Both the position numbers and the translations under genes were made by a program. Below are positions 18,637 through 28,499 of a stretch of DNA of 64,000 bases, in pieces. The notes beneath the pieces were generated by a model. The model saw nothing but the letters and a program-made list of their open reading frames with translations. It was not told the DNA's origin and searched no databases. The DNA lies in the NCBI GenBank assembly GCA_944390265.1, contig CALXPK010000024.1, positions 11,183 through 75,182 on the forward strand. Reading direction: 5' to 3'. Source of the DNA: an uncultured Alphaproteobacteria bacterium (GTDB taxonomy: Bacteria > Pseudomonadota > Alphaproteobacteria > RF32 > CAG-239). Positions within the stretch are counted from its first letter, which is position 1, and every line of letters starts with the position of its first letter.

Positions 18637-19855
18637 ATATTTATATTTTGACGGGTCTTGCGGTATTGCAGGAGATATGACAGTGGCGGCTCTGTTGGAT
18701 TTGGGTGCTCGTCGTGAAAAGTTGCAACAGGTTTTGGAAAGCCTAAAGTTGGATGGTGTGCATTATCATATTTCTCAAAAGTCTTCTTATAGTATTTTCG
18801 GGTGCGATTTTGATGTCCATCTTCTGCAGAAAACAGATTCTCATGAAGAAGAATATCTTATGAATGCACATCATCATGAACATCGTCATCATGAACATCG
18901 TCATTTGTCTGATGTGTATGAAATTATTGACCGTGGAAAAATGAGCGAAAGGGCACGCCTTTTGGCTAAAAAAATATTTGAAATAGTGGCACAGGCCGAA
19001 GCTAAAGCTCATGGCGTGAAGGTTGAAGATGTGCATTTTCATGAAGTGGGGGCTTTAGATTCAATTGTTGATATTGTTTCGGTTGCCGTGTTGATTGATG
19101 ATTTGGGTATTGAAAACTGTATTGTTACCGGTTTAAATGAAGGGCATGGCTTTGTTACTTGTCAGCATGGAAGTCTGCCGGTTCCGGTTCCTGCTGTTTT
19201 GAATATTGCCGAAAAATATGGCTTGATTTTGCGGCCGACCTCGGTTGAAGGTGAGATGGTGACACCTACCGGTATTGCCGTTGTTGCCGCTTTGAAAACA
19301 GATGCAAAACTTCCTCCTGCTTATAAAATTTTGAAGTCTGGTGTCGGGTTGGGAAAAAGAGATTTTGGTCGAGCTAATTTTTTGCGAGTTCAAATTATTG
19401 AAGATGTGGCTGACGAGAAACAAATTTTTGTAATTGAGAGTAATATTGATTATACCAGTGCCTAAGAATTGGGCTTTGCTCAAGAAAAACTGTTTGCTGC
19501 AAGTGCTTTGAATGTGCAGTTTGATCAAAAAAAAAAAAAAAAATGCCGACCGGCTTATCTGTTACGAATCATTTGCTCGGCTGATAAAGTTTCTGCTTTG
19601 GAAAAAGTTCTTTTTGAAAATACCTCGTCTATCGGTTGTCGGAAATATGTCGTGGAAAGAACAGTTATGACGCGTGAAAATATTTTAGTGCAGCTTGATT
19701 ACGGTCAAGTTAGCGTAAAAAAGTGTTGCTATTTGGATTTGGTGCGTTTTTATCCAGAATTTGAAAGTGTTAGACAATTGGCTTTGCAAACAGGTTTGTC
19801 TTTTCGAAAAATTTTTGATGATGCAAAATTGAAAGCTGAAGAAAACAAATGTTAG
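18629..19855 (+). CDS. larC: LarC nickel insertase (DUF111): the N- and C-terminal parts are in the same frame, separated by a single TAA at 19463-19465; an A17 tract lies at 19527-19543
   Basis: N-terminal part MTKYLYFDGSCGIAGDM... with His-rich HHHEHRHHEHRH; C-terminal part ...GCRKYVVERTVMTRENILVQLDYGQVSVKK... typical of the LarC C-terminal domain; both parts in frame 2. Confidence 0.75.
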
Positions 19856-20667
19856 ATAAGCTACAAAATTATCTGAAAAAAATGTCTGATGACGGAATTG
19901 CTTTGGCATATTCCGGTGGTGTCGATAGTTCTTTATTGCTAAAAATTTTGGCAGATTTGCATCGACAGAAAGATTTTCCTTTGGCCATATTGACCATGAA
20001 AACGGTTTTGCAAAGTTCCGAAGAAATTTCTGAGGCGGAATGTTTTGCCCGTACTTTAGGACTCAATATCAAAATATTGGTTTTTAATCCACTTTCTATA
20101 TCAGAAGTACACCATAATTCAGCTGATCGTTGTTATTTTTGTAAAAAAGCAATGTTTCAAAAATTTGCAGATTATGCCAAAGAGAATAACCTTCGTTATT
20201 TGATTGACGGAACCAATGCCGATGATGGAGACGAATATCGTCCGGGGTTGCGAGCTTTGTATGAGTTGGGTGTAATTTCTCCTCTGGCGGAACTTGGTAT
20301 TAATAAAGCCAATATTCGTCAAATGTCTCAAATTTTGGGACTAGCTTCGGCAACAAAGCCTTCCGTGCCATGTTTGGCTACAAGATTTGAATACGGAACT
20401 TGTTTGAATGAGATGCTGATTCAGCGTGTGGCGCAGGGAGAAGCTCTTATTAGACAAATGTTTCCCAATATGAAAAATTTGCGATTGCGTGTTCATTGCT
20501 GTGGTCGCTTAGCACGAATTGAGGTTGCTAATGAATATATAGGCGAGGTTTGTTCTTTGGCTCAAAATTTGGTTTTGAAATTGAAAAATTTGGGTTTTGA
20601 ATTTGTAACACTGGATTTGGAAGGATTTCGTTCCGGAAGTTTTGATGGACAGAAAAAGGGAAAATAA
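19849..20667 (+). CDS. larE: LarE, ATP-dependent sulfur transferase (PP-loop ATPase)
   Basis: PP-loop SGGVDSS; 272 aa. Confidence 0.85.
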   Translation: MLDKLQNYLKKMSDDGIALAYSGGVDSSLLLKILADLHRQKDFPLAILTMKTVLQSSEEISEAECFARTLGLNIKILVFNPLSISEVHHNSADRCYFCKKAMFQKFADYAKENNLRYLIDGTNADDGDEYRPGLRALYELGVISPLAELGINKANIRQMSQILGLASATKPSVPCLATRFEYGTCLNEMLIQRVAQGEALIRQMFPNMKNLRLRVHCCGRLARIEVANEYIGEVCSLAQNLVLKLKNLGFEFVTLDLEGFRSGSFDGQKKGK

Positions 20668-21329
20668 TGATGACTACAACAATTTTTATGCTCTGGACAA
20701 CAGCTTTTTTGACCGCGGTTATTCATACAATTGCCGGACCGGACCACTATTTGCCGTTTATTGCCATTGCTAAAAGTAAAAATTTTAGCCTTAAAAAGAC
20801 GTTGGTTTGGACGTTTGTTTGTGGACTCGGACATATCGGCAGTGCTTTGCTAATTGCTTTAGCTTTTATTTATTTTTCTCATTGGCTGAGCCAAGAAAAT
20901 TTTGAATGGATTGAGAAAAATCGCGGAGATGTGGCCGCATATGCCCTTATCGGTTTAGGTGCTGCTTATCTTTTGTGGGCTTTGCGGCATCGCTGGCAGC
21001 ATCGGCACGGCTTGGCTCATCAGCATCATTATTTGCCCGATGGTGACCAGCCAAATGTTACCGTTTGGGTCGTTTTTATTATATTCGTGTTTGGTCCTTG
21101 TGAAGCCTTGTTGCCGATTTTGACTGCTTCTAGTGTGTTGGGTGCTTCAGCTATTATTTCCAGCACGATTATTTTTTCATTGGCCACTATCGGTACAATG
21201 ATGCTGACTGTCACTCTTGGCTTGTTGGGAATGAAGGCTTTTCATTTTCAAAAAATGGAAAAATATGCTCATGAAATTGCCGGCGGAACAATCATGACTT
21301 GCGGTATGGCAATTTTGTGTGGACTGTGA
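20667..21329 (+). CDS. Putative nickel/cobalt transporter (NicO/HoxN-like membrane protein)
   Basis: 6-7 TM segments; HTIAGPDH motif in TM1; adjacent to larBCE. Confidence 0.55.
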   Translation: MMTTTIFMLWTTAFLTAVIHTIAGPDHYLPFIAIAKSKNFSLKKTLVWTFVCGLGHIGSALLIALAFIYFSHWLSQENFEWIEKNRGDVAAYALIGLGAAYLLWALRHRWQHRHGLAHQHHYLPDGDQPNVTVWVVFIIFVFGPCEALLPILTASSVLGASAIISSTIIFSLATIGTMMLTVTLGLLGMKAFHFQKMEKYAHEIAGGTIMTCGMAILCGL

Positions 21330-21366
21330 CTTTTGGGTTATTGTTATATAGATGAGGGGACAATAA

Positions 21367-23853
21367 ATGAAACTTATTGAAAAGAAAAAATATTCAGACG
21401 GTCGTCGCAAAGTTTATGTCTTGGGCAAAAAAGTTTTGAGTTATAAACGCAAAAAAGCTCAAGAGGTGCTTGGCGCCGAAGAGAACGGCAAACCCAGTGA
21501 ATATGATATGATTTTTGCCAAAAGATTTTCAGGGCTGAATTTGTCTGAAAAGAGATTTATTTTGGAAAAACAATTTCGTTTTTATGCCGGTTATGATTTA
21601 AACCTCAATAATCCGCAGACCTTTAATGAGAAAACTCAATGGTATAAACTTTATTATTGTCATCCCTTAATGAAAGTTTGTGCTGATAAAGTTTTGGTTA
21701 GGGATTATGTTAAAGAAAAAATCGGCGAGAAATATTTGGTAGACATCATTGGGGTTTATGATGATGTGGAAAAAATTGACTGGGACAAACTTCCAGACCA
21801 GTTTGTTTTGAAAGTTAATCACGGCAGCGGGCAAAATCTTATTTGCAAAGATAAGAAACAGTTTGATATTGCTCAGGCCAAGGCCAAACTTGCCGAGTGG
21901 ATGGATCCGAAAAATAATCATGCATATAATTATTTGGAATATGCTTATAAAAATATTGAACCGAAAATTGTGGCTGAAAAATATATCAAACAAATGGATG
22001 GCAATTTGCTCGACTATAAATTTTTCTGTTTTGACGGCAAAGCCCAATATGTGCAGATTGATCTTGACCGATATACGCATCATACACGTTGCTTTTATGA
22101 TATGGATTTTAAAAAACAAGAATTTACAACTTGTTATCCTTTTTATACCGGTGAGGTTGAAAAGCCAGAAGCCTTTGATGAAATGAGAAAAATTGCTGAG
22201 ACTTTGGCGCATGGCTTTCCTTTTGTGCGGGTTGATTTGTATAATTTGGACGGAAAAGTTAAGTTTGGGGAGATGACTTTTTATCACGGAAACGGAACCG
22301 AACATTTTGAACCCCAAGAATGGGATTTGAAATTGGGCAAACTTTTCAAACTCCCAAAATTTCCCTATATGGCTGATGATGCAACCAAGCGTTCAGTTGG
22401 GGTTTATTATCGCGATGTTTTTACTTATCCTGACAAAAAATATAATTTTCGCCCCTCAAAGGCTTATCCGGAATATCCGTTTCAGAATGAAATTTCTTCC
22501 GAACCTAATGAGGTTTATGATATGGTCAGAGAGAATTTTCATTTGATGAAAATGGATGAAGAAAATTTTGGAACAGCAAAATGGAACCCTCTGAAAGAGA
22601 TTGTTCATCCCGGAGATAAGGTCTTGCTTAAGCCCAATCTGGTTTTGCATCACAATCTTTTGGGCTTGGGCGAGGATTGTCTCTATACACAGCCTTCGGT
22701 GACGGCGGCCGTGATTGATTATGTGCTGATTGCTCTGCAGGGAAAAGGGTCTATCATTGTCGGCGATGCGCCTTTGCAAGAATGTGTCTTTGACACTTTG
22801 GTCCAAGAAAGCGGCTATGATCAGTTGATTGCATATTATCAAAACAAAGGTGTGGATATTCAGCTTAAAGATTTTAGAAACGTGAAAACTTATGTCGGAA
22901 AAGACGGTATTCACTATACGCAAGATGACAGCCAAAACCATAAAGATGAAGGTTTGGTAGTGCATTTGGATGCTTATAGCAGTTTTTATGGTTTGGATGA
23001 GGAAAGAATATCGCGAATGCGCATTACCAACTATGATCCGCGTATTTTGCAAAAACACCATTCTTCGCAAAAACATGAATATAAGGTTTCAAAATATATT
23101 CTTGAGGCAGATGTGATTATCAATCTTCCCAAACCCAAAACACACCGAAAAGCCGGTGCTACTTCTGCCTTAAAAAACTTGGTCGGAATTAATGCCAATA
23201 AAGAATTTTTGCCTCATCATACCAATTTGAGCAAGCAAGAAGGCGGTGATGCCTATTTTCATAAGTCACAAGCCTTGCAAATTGCAAATGAATGGTTAGA
23301 TAAAATGAATATCTTTACCGCAGAAGGTAAGGTTGAAGAGGCACAGAAAGCAAAAGCAATGTATTATCAATATTCAGATTTTGGCAAAGCTGAGTCCGGT
23401 GAGATTTATTGGGAAGGAAGTTGGTATGGTAATGATACCATTTGGAGAACTTTGTTCGATTTGAACAAAATTCTGTTCCATGCCGATAAAAACGGAATCA
23501 TCAGAGCCAATAAGCAAAGAAGATATTTTGTGGTGGCTGACATGATTGTTTCCGGCGAAAAAGAAGGCCCTCTTGAGCCGACACCCAGACCGGTCGGAAT
23601 GATTGCCATGGGCTATGATCCTTGTTGCTTTGATCAGGCCATTGTTTCTATGATGGGGTTTGATTATCGGCTTTTGCCTTCCGTTTATGAGATAAAAAAC
23701 AGAAAAGGCGGTGTTTGCGAGATTACGTCCGGTGCAGAACCTTTGTTGTTGAGCAATGTTCCGCAATGGCAAGGAAAAAGCGTTGATGAAATTAAGCAAA
23801 CTTGTTCTTTGCAATTTTATCCAACCAACGGATGGAAAAAAGTTTTATGGTAA
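21367..23853 (+). CDS. 828-aa fusion protein: shared N-terminal leader motif + TupA-like ATP-grasp amidoligase + C-terminal DUF362-like domain
   Basis: RBS gagggga before the ATG; N-terminus MKLIEKKKYSDGRRKVYVLGKKVLSY; ATP-grasp-like middle; C-terminal region with the PKPKTHRKAGATSALKNLVG motif. Confidence 0.75.
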   Translation: MKLIEKKKYSDGRRKVYVLGKKVLSYKRKKAQEVLGAEENGKPSEYDMIFAKRFSGLNLSEKRFILEKQFRFYAGYDLNLNNPQTFNEKTQWYKLYYCHPLMKVCADKVLVRDYVKEKIGEKYLVDIIGVYDDVEKIDWDKLPDQFVLKVNHGSGQNLICKDKKQFDIAQAKAKLAEWMDPKNNHAYNYLEYAYKNIEPKIVAEKYIKQMDGNLLDYKFFCFDGKAQYVQIDLDRYTHHTRCFYDMDFKKQEFTTCYPFYTGEVEKPEAFDEMRKIAETLAHGFPFVRVDLYNLDGKVKFGEMTFYHGNGTEHFEPQEWDLKLGKLFKLPKFPYMADDATKRSVGVYYRDVFTYPDKKYNFRPSKAYPEYPFQNEISSEPNEVYDMVRENFHLMKMDEENFGTAKWNPLKEIVHPGDKVLLKPNLVLHHNLLGLGEDCLYTQPSVTAAVIDYVLIALQGKGSIIVGDAPLQECVFDTLVQESGYDQLIAYYQNKGVDIQLKDFRNVKTYVGKDGIHYTQDDSQNHKDEGLVVHLDAYSSFYGLDEERISRMRITNYDPRILQKHHSSQKHEYKVSKYILEADVIINLPKPKTHRKAGATSALKNLVGINANKEFLPHHTNLSKQEGGDAYFHKSQALQIANEWLDKMNIFTAEGKVEEAQKAKAMYYQYSDFGKAESGEIYWEGSWYGNDTIWRTLFDLNKILFHADKNGIIRANKQRRYFVVADMIVSGEKEGPLEPTPRPVGMIAMGYDPCCFDQAIVSMMGFDYRLLPSVYEIKNRKGGVCEITSGAEPLLLSNVPQWQGKSVDEIKQTCSLQFYPTNGWKKVLW

Positions 23854-23865
23854 GAAAGGAAAAAA

Positions 23866-24888
23866 ATGCAAACGAAAACTTCTATAGTTGTTAATTCTGA
23901 TAATAATTTAGCTTTTGCCGTAGCTACATTATTTGTTAATTTGTTGGAAACTAAGAAAAATGAAAATTTTCTGGATTTGAACGTTTTGGTTACTCCGGAT
24001 TTTGATGATGAGTATATCAAAAAAATAAAGTCCATAGAGCAACAATATGAGGGGCAGTGTTCGGTTAATGTTATAAAAATGGATCACCGATTTGACAATA
24101 TTCGCAATAAGACAGGATATATTACAAATTGTGCTGCCTATAGAATGTGTGTTGCAGAGATGTTTCCCTCGCATCATAAAATGTTGTATATTGACACGGA
24201 TGTCGTCGTCTTTGATGATTTGTACGAGCTCTTTAATACGGATATTAACGGATATTATATTGGAGGCGTGTTTAGTATTGAGCATTATATTTATAGAAAT
24301 GAATTGATAGAAAAATTATCCATTCCCGATTTATCTCAATATGTTAATTCCGGAGTTCTTTTATTGAATTTGGATGAGATAAGAAAAGATAATGTTGAAG
24401 CTAAATTGCACGCGTTGCTCGGCTCATATGATGATTCTGTTGATCAACATATTTTTAATAAGGTTTGTTACGGGCATATAAAGCTGTTGCCTTTTAAATA
24501 TAATGTTTTTCAATCTTCAGAATGGATGTATGAAAGCAAAAAAGCGTTGGTTGAGATGACTGAAGCGGAGTTGGAAGAAGTTATTAAAAGGCCGGTAATT
24601 TATCATTATACGGGAACTGTTAAGCCGTGGCTTGTGGCGGATAAAAAATATGCCTTAAGATGGATGAGATATTATAAAAAATCGCCGTTTGCAACAGAAA
24701 AATTACCACTACATTTCATGGATGAACATGTGTATCTTATGCCCAAATTGACTTTTTGGCAAAAAATATTTTCTATTAATTTAATTTCCAATAAAAATAA
24801 TACTAAGAGCAAATATAAAGTTTTTCTATTGGGTATGCAAATAAATTACAGAAAAAAGAAGAAACAGAAACAGCAAGGAGAAAATTAA
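23866..24888 (+). CDS. Family 8 glycosyltransferase (LgtC/RfaJ-like)
   Basis: YIDTDVVVFDD DxD motif; GYITNCAAYRM. Confidence 0.85.
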   Translation: MQTKTSIVVNSDNNLAFAVATLFVNLLETKKNENFLDLNVLVTPDFDDEYIKKIKSIEQQYEGQCSVNVIKMDHRFDNIRNKTGYITNCAAYRMCVAEMFPSHHKMLYIDTDVVVFDDLYELFNTDINGYYIGGVFSIEHYIYRNELIEKLSIPDLSQYVNSGVLLLNLDEIRKDNVEAKLHALLGSYDDSVDQHIFNKVCYGHIKLLPFKYNVFQSSEWMYESKKALVEMTEAELEEVIKRPVIYHYTGTVKPWLVADKKYALRWMRYYKKSPFATEKLPLHFMDEHVYLMPKLTFWQKIFSINLISNKNNTKSKYKVFLLGMQINYRKKKKQKQQGEN

Positions 24889-25877
24889 TGATTCCAATAG
24901 TTGCAATATCTGATGCCAAGCAGGCATTTGCTTTGGCAACATTGTTTGTTAATTTGATGGAAACTAAGGCAAAAGAAACTGTTTATGAACTCAATGCTTT
25001 GGTCGCACCGGATTTTACCGATGAGGATGTGGCAAAAATAAAATCTCTTGAGCATAGTTATCAGGATTGCAAAATCAATATTATCAAGATGGATAATCGC
25101 TTTGATCATATCAAAAACGGAACCGGTTATATTGCCAATTGTTGTGCTTATAAAATGTGTATGGCGGAGATGTTTCCGCAATATGATAAAATTTTGTATC
25201 TGGATACGGATATGCTTGTTTTTGAAGATTTGAGCCCGCTTTATAATACGGATATGTCCGATAATTATATCGGTGGGGTCTTTTCTATTGATCATTATCT
25301 TAATCGGCGTGAGTTGATTGAAAAACTTAATATTCCCGATATGACGGACTATGTGAATGCCGGAATGCTGTTGATGAATTTGGCGGAAATCAGAAAAAAC
25401 AGAATTGAAGAAAAATTGCAAGCCTTAATCGGCTCGTATAATGATTCGGTTGATCAGCATATTTTTAACAAGGTTTGCTATGGGCATATTAAGCATTTGC
25501 CTTTCAAATATAATGTCTTTAAATCTTCCGAGTGGATGTATGATAACAAGGAGGCTTTGGTCTGCATGACCGGAGAAGAGCTTGATGAAATAATCAACAG
25601 TCCGGCTATTTATCATTATACCGGTAAAGAAAAGCCTTGGAACACACTGAAAATTAAATATGGTGTGCGGTGGATTTGGTATTATAAAAAGACGGCTTAC
25701 AAAGATTTAAAGTTGATTTTGGCCGAAGTCAAAAAAATAGAAACGACAACACCGCAAAAAGTTAAAATGCGTTTAATCGACTATGTTTTTTCAATTAAAA
25801 AATATAAAAAACAAGGTAAATCTTTTAAACAATTGACCATTTTAGGGCTTAAGCTGAAATTGCAAAAAAATAAATAA
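24888..25877 (+). CDS. Family 8 glycosyltransferase, tandem paralog of the preceding gene (about 70% aa identity by eye)
   Basis: YLDTDMLVFED DxD motif; colinear similarity to 23866..24888. Confidence 0.85.
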   Translation: MIPIVAISDAKQAFALATLFVNLMETKAKETVYELNALVAPDFTDEDVAKIKSLEHSYQDCKINIIKMDNRFDHIKNGTGYIANCCAYKMCMAEMFPQYDKILYLDTDMLVFEDLSPLYNTDMSDNYIGGVFSIDHYLNRRELIEKLNIPDMTDYVNAGMLLMNLAEIRKNRIEEKLQALIGSYNDSVDQHIFNKVCYGHIKHLPFKYNVFKSSEWMYDNKEALVCMTGEELDEIINSPAIYHYTGKEKPWNTLKIKYGVRWIWYYKKTAYKDLKLILAEVKKIETTTPQKVKMRLIDYVFSIKKYKKQGKSFKQLTILGLKLKLQKNK

Positions 25878-25901
25878 TTTGCTTTTGAGGAAATGTGAAA
25901 A

Positions 25902-26873
25902 TTGATTAAAATAAATTTTATTGTTTTATCTTCTGCAGATCGAGGATCAACCCGAATCAGAGTGTTTAATCTGGTTAATGCTTTGAAACGCTATGACGTT
26001 GATGTCAGAATCAATGCGCCGCTTTATTGGGGTGATATTTGTGCTTTTCATAAAGAGTTAAAACCCAACAAACTGGAACGGCGTTTGCGTCTTGCCAATT
26101 TGCTGGGAAAATTTACTTGTTTTGATATTGATGACTATTTTGAGGATTATAAAAAGGTTGTTAAGGCGGCGGATTTGTGCATTAACAGTACCGCATATTT
26201 GCAGAAGATAAACAGTCAATATAATCTGCATGATATTGTGGTGGACAATAGTCTTGACGTGGATGATGTCAATATCAAACTCAAACAAGATTGTTCTGCG
26301 CATCAAAAGGTTTGTTGGTACGGTTGCCATGTTAATGCTTATATTTTGGATAAGTTTAATATCAAAAACGTGACCATTATTTCTGAAAAAGGAGATATTA
26401 TTTGGCACAAAGAAACCATAGACCAAGATTTGCAAAAATTTGATTTGACGATTATTCCGCAAGAAAAAACACCGCATACTCTGGCTAAGACACATTGCCG
26501 AATGTTGAAGGCTTTGTATTTGGGCGTGCCGGTGATGGTTACGGATATGCCGGAATATGTGGACTTGGCTCAATATCTCAATTATCCCAAAGAATTTATT
26601 GTGACCAATTCGCAAGATTGGAATCAAAAAATTGAAGATTTTAAGTCCGGAAAGTTGAAATTTAGCTTTGATTTTGAACAGGCACGCAAGAAAATATTGC
26701 AGAGATACGCGCCTGCTGTTATTGCCGATAGCTGGATTAAACAAGTGAAAGCTGAATATTTGCAGTATCAAAAACACAAAATCAGAAATTGGTTTAAGAA
26801 AAACAGCCTTAAAAATCTATATAGATTGCTTAAAATAACAATACGTATCAGACATGGAAAGCACGCCAGATAA
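25902..26873 (+). CDS. Putative glycosyltransferase-like protein (TTG start)
   Basis: Long AT-rich ORF in line with the glycan locus; family is uncertain. Confidence 0.45.
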   Translation: MIKINFIVLSSADRGSTRIRVFNLVNALKRYDVDVRINAPLYWGDICAFHKELKPNKLERRLRLANLLGKFTCFDIDDYFEDYKKVVKAADLCINSTAYLQKINSQYNLHDIVVDNSLDVDDVNIKLKQDCSAHQKVCWYGCHVNAYILDKFNIKNVTIISEKGDIIWHKETIDQDLQKFDLTIIPQEKTPHTLAKTHCRMLKALYLGVPVMVTDMPEYVDLAQYLNYPKEFIVTNSQDWNQKIEDFKSGKLKFSFDFEQARKKILQRYAPAVIADSWIKQVKAEYLQYQKHKIRNWFKKNSLKNLYRLLKITIRIRHGKHAR

Positions 26874-26948
26874 AAGTTTAAGGGTTTAATGACACAAAAA
26901 ACAGGTGCCAAAATTTTGACACCTGTTTTTTGTTGGCCTAAAGGTTTG

Positions 26949-28423
26949 TCAGATTTTGACAATGCCATGGGCAAAGGCATAAATGGCCCAAAGTGAAAGA
27001 ATAATAAAGATGGTTACAGCGGCATATTCACGAGCCGTAAAGAGCTTCTCATTTGGCTCAGACTCTTTTCTGGCCCAGATATAAACCGGAATACCCAAGG
27101 TGACAATCACAACCGCCATCAGCAAATAATTTAAGCCGGCGGCATAAATCAGCCAAAGAGCATAGATTGAGCCGAAAACCGAGGTAAACAAAGCCGAAGA
27201 GCGTTTGACCGGTAAGCCGCTCGGATATTCGCCGTCTTCACAAAGTTTCCATAAATAAGCGCAGGAGGCAAAATAGGCCGGCAATACCATGACGCTGGTG
27301 ATGCTCAACATGGTGTTCCAGGCGTTGTTGGAGAAATAGACCAACAAGATGAAAATTTGCATCATGGCTGAGGTGACCCAAAGTGAAACGCTCGGTGAAC
27401 CGGCTTCATTCTCTTTGGTGAAGGCTTTGGGAAAAGTACCGTTTTCAGCAGCAGCTTGCGGAATTTGTGCGGTGACGATTGTCCAGGCCAGCCAGCTGGT
27501 CAACACCGAAAGAACCAAGCCGATGTTCATAATCCAAGCGCCCCAAGGTCCGACAACTTTTTCCAAAATGCCGGCGGTGGACGGAGGTGGAACAGCAGCG
27601 AGTTCGGGTTGTGACATCAATCCATAAGGCAGTAATGAGAGCAACAGATAAATGACTAAGCAACCGATGAAGCCCAAAAACGTTGCTTTGCCGATTTCTT
27701 GAACATTTTTGGCGCGGTTAGACATGACAACGGCACCTTCAATACCAATAAATGCCCACAAGGTGACCAACATGGTCGATTTGATTTGGGTTTCCAAACC
27801 GCCGAGTTTGGCTTTGGTTTCAATGGCTTCGCCCCAGAAGTCAAAGTCAAAATGAGCAAATTTGAACACAAACAGCATTATCAAAATGAACAAAACCAAC
27901 GGGACAACCTTAACAACCGTGCCGATGGTGTTGATGACGGAGGCTTGTTTGATGCCTTTCAAGACCAAAAAGTTGAAGCCCCAAATGATGATTGAGCCCC
28001 GATGATGGAGGCGAGGTTGTTGCCGCCGGCAAAGTAGGGCGGAAAGAAGTAGTTCAACGCATCCATCGTGATGACGGCATAACCGACATTGCCGCAAACC
28101 TGACAAAGCCAATAGGACCAGCCGATGGTGAATCCGGCAAAGGGGCCGAAACCTTCACGGCTGTACATATAAATACCGGTGGTTAAATCCGGCTTGGCCA
28201 TGGACAAGATGCTGAAGGTGTTGGCAATGAAATAGATACCGATACCGGTGATGACCCAAGCCAGCAAAACGGCTCCGGCAGAAGCATGCGAGGCCATGTT
28301 TTGCGGCAAGGAATAAATGCCGCCGCCAATCATGGAGCTGACAACAATCGCGGCTAAGGCCAGAACACCCAAGCCGTTGGGGTTGTTTTTCAGCGGTGCG
28401 GCAGAAGTTTTTTTATCAGCCAT
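26949..28423 (-). pseudogene. APC-family basic amino acid antiporter (arginine:agmatine or arginine:ornithine, AaxC/ArcD-like) disrupted by a -1 frameshift at a C4 (minus-strand G4) tract 27996-27999
   Basis: N-part [11 protein letters not shown]...GGNNLASII in one frame, C-part [19 protein letters not shown]... in another; adding one G gives a contiguous ...[19 protein letters not shown]. Confidence 0.8.
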
Positions 28424-28499
28424 AATTTTTTTTCCTTAATTAACAAAATAAAACAAAACTTGCCCCTTTACTCAAAGAGGCAAGTCTTTTGTCTGAAAA

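Noticed and set aside
19543-19584. Alternative ATG start for the LarC C-terminal part immediately after the A-tract
   Set aside because: It is in a different frame and terminates after 13 codons
19469-19855. Separate larC2 gene
   Set aside because: It is in the same frame as the larC N-terminal ORF, has no RBS, and is separated from it by a single TAA; treated as one interrupted gene
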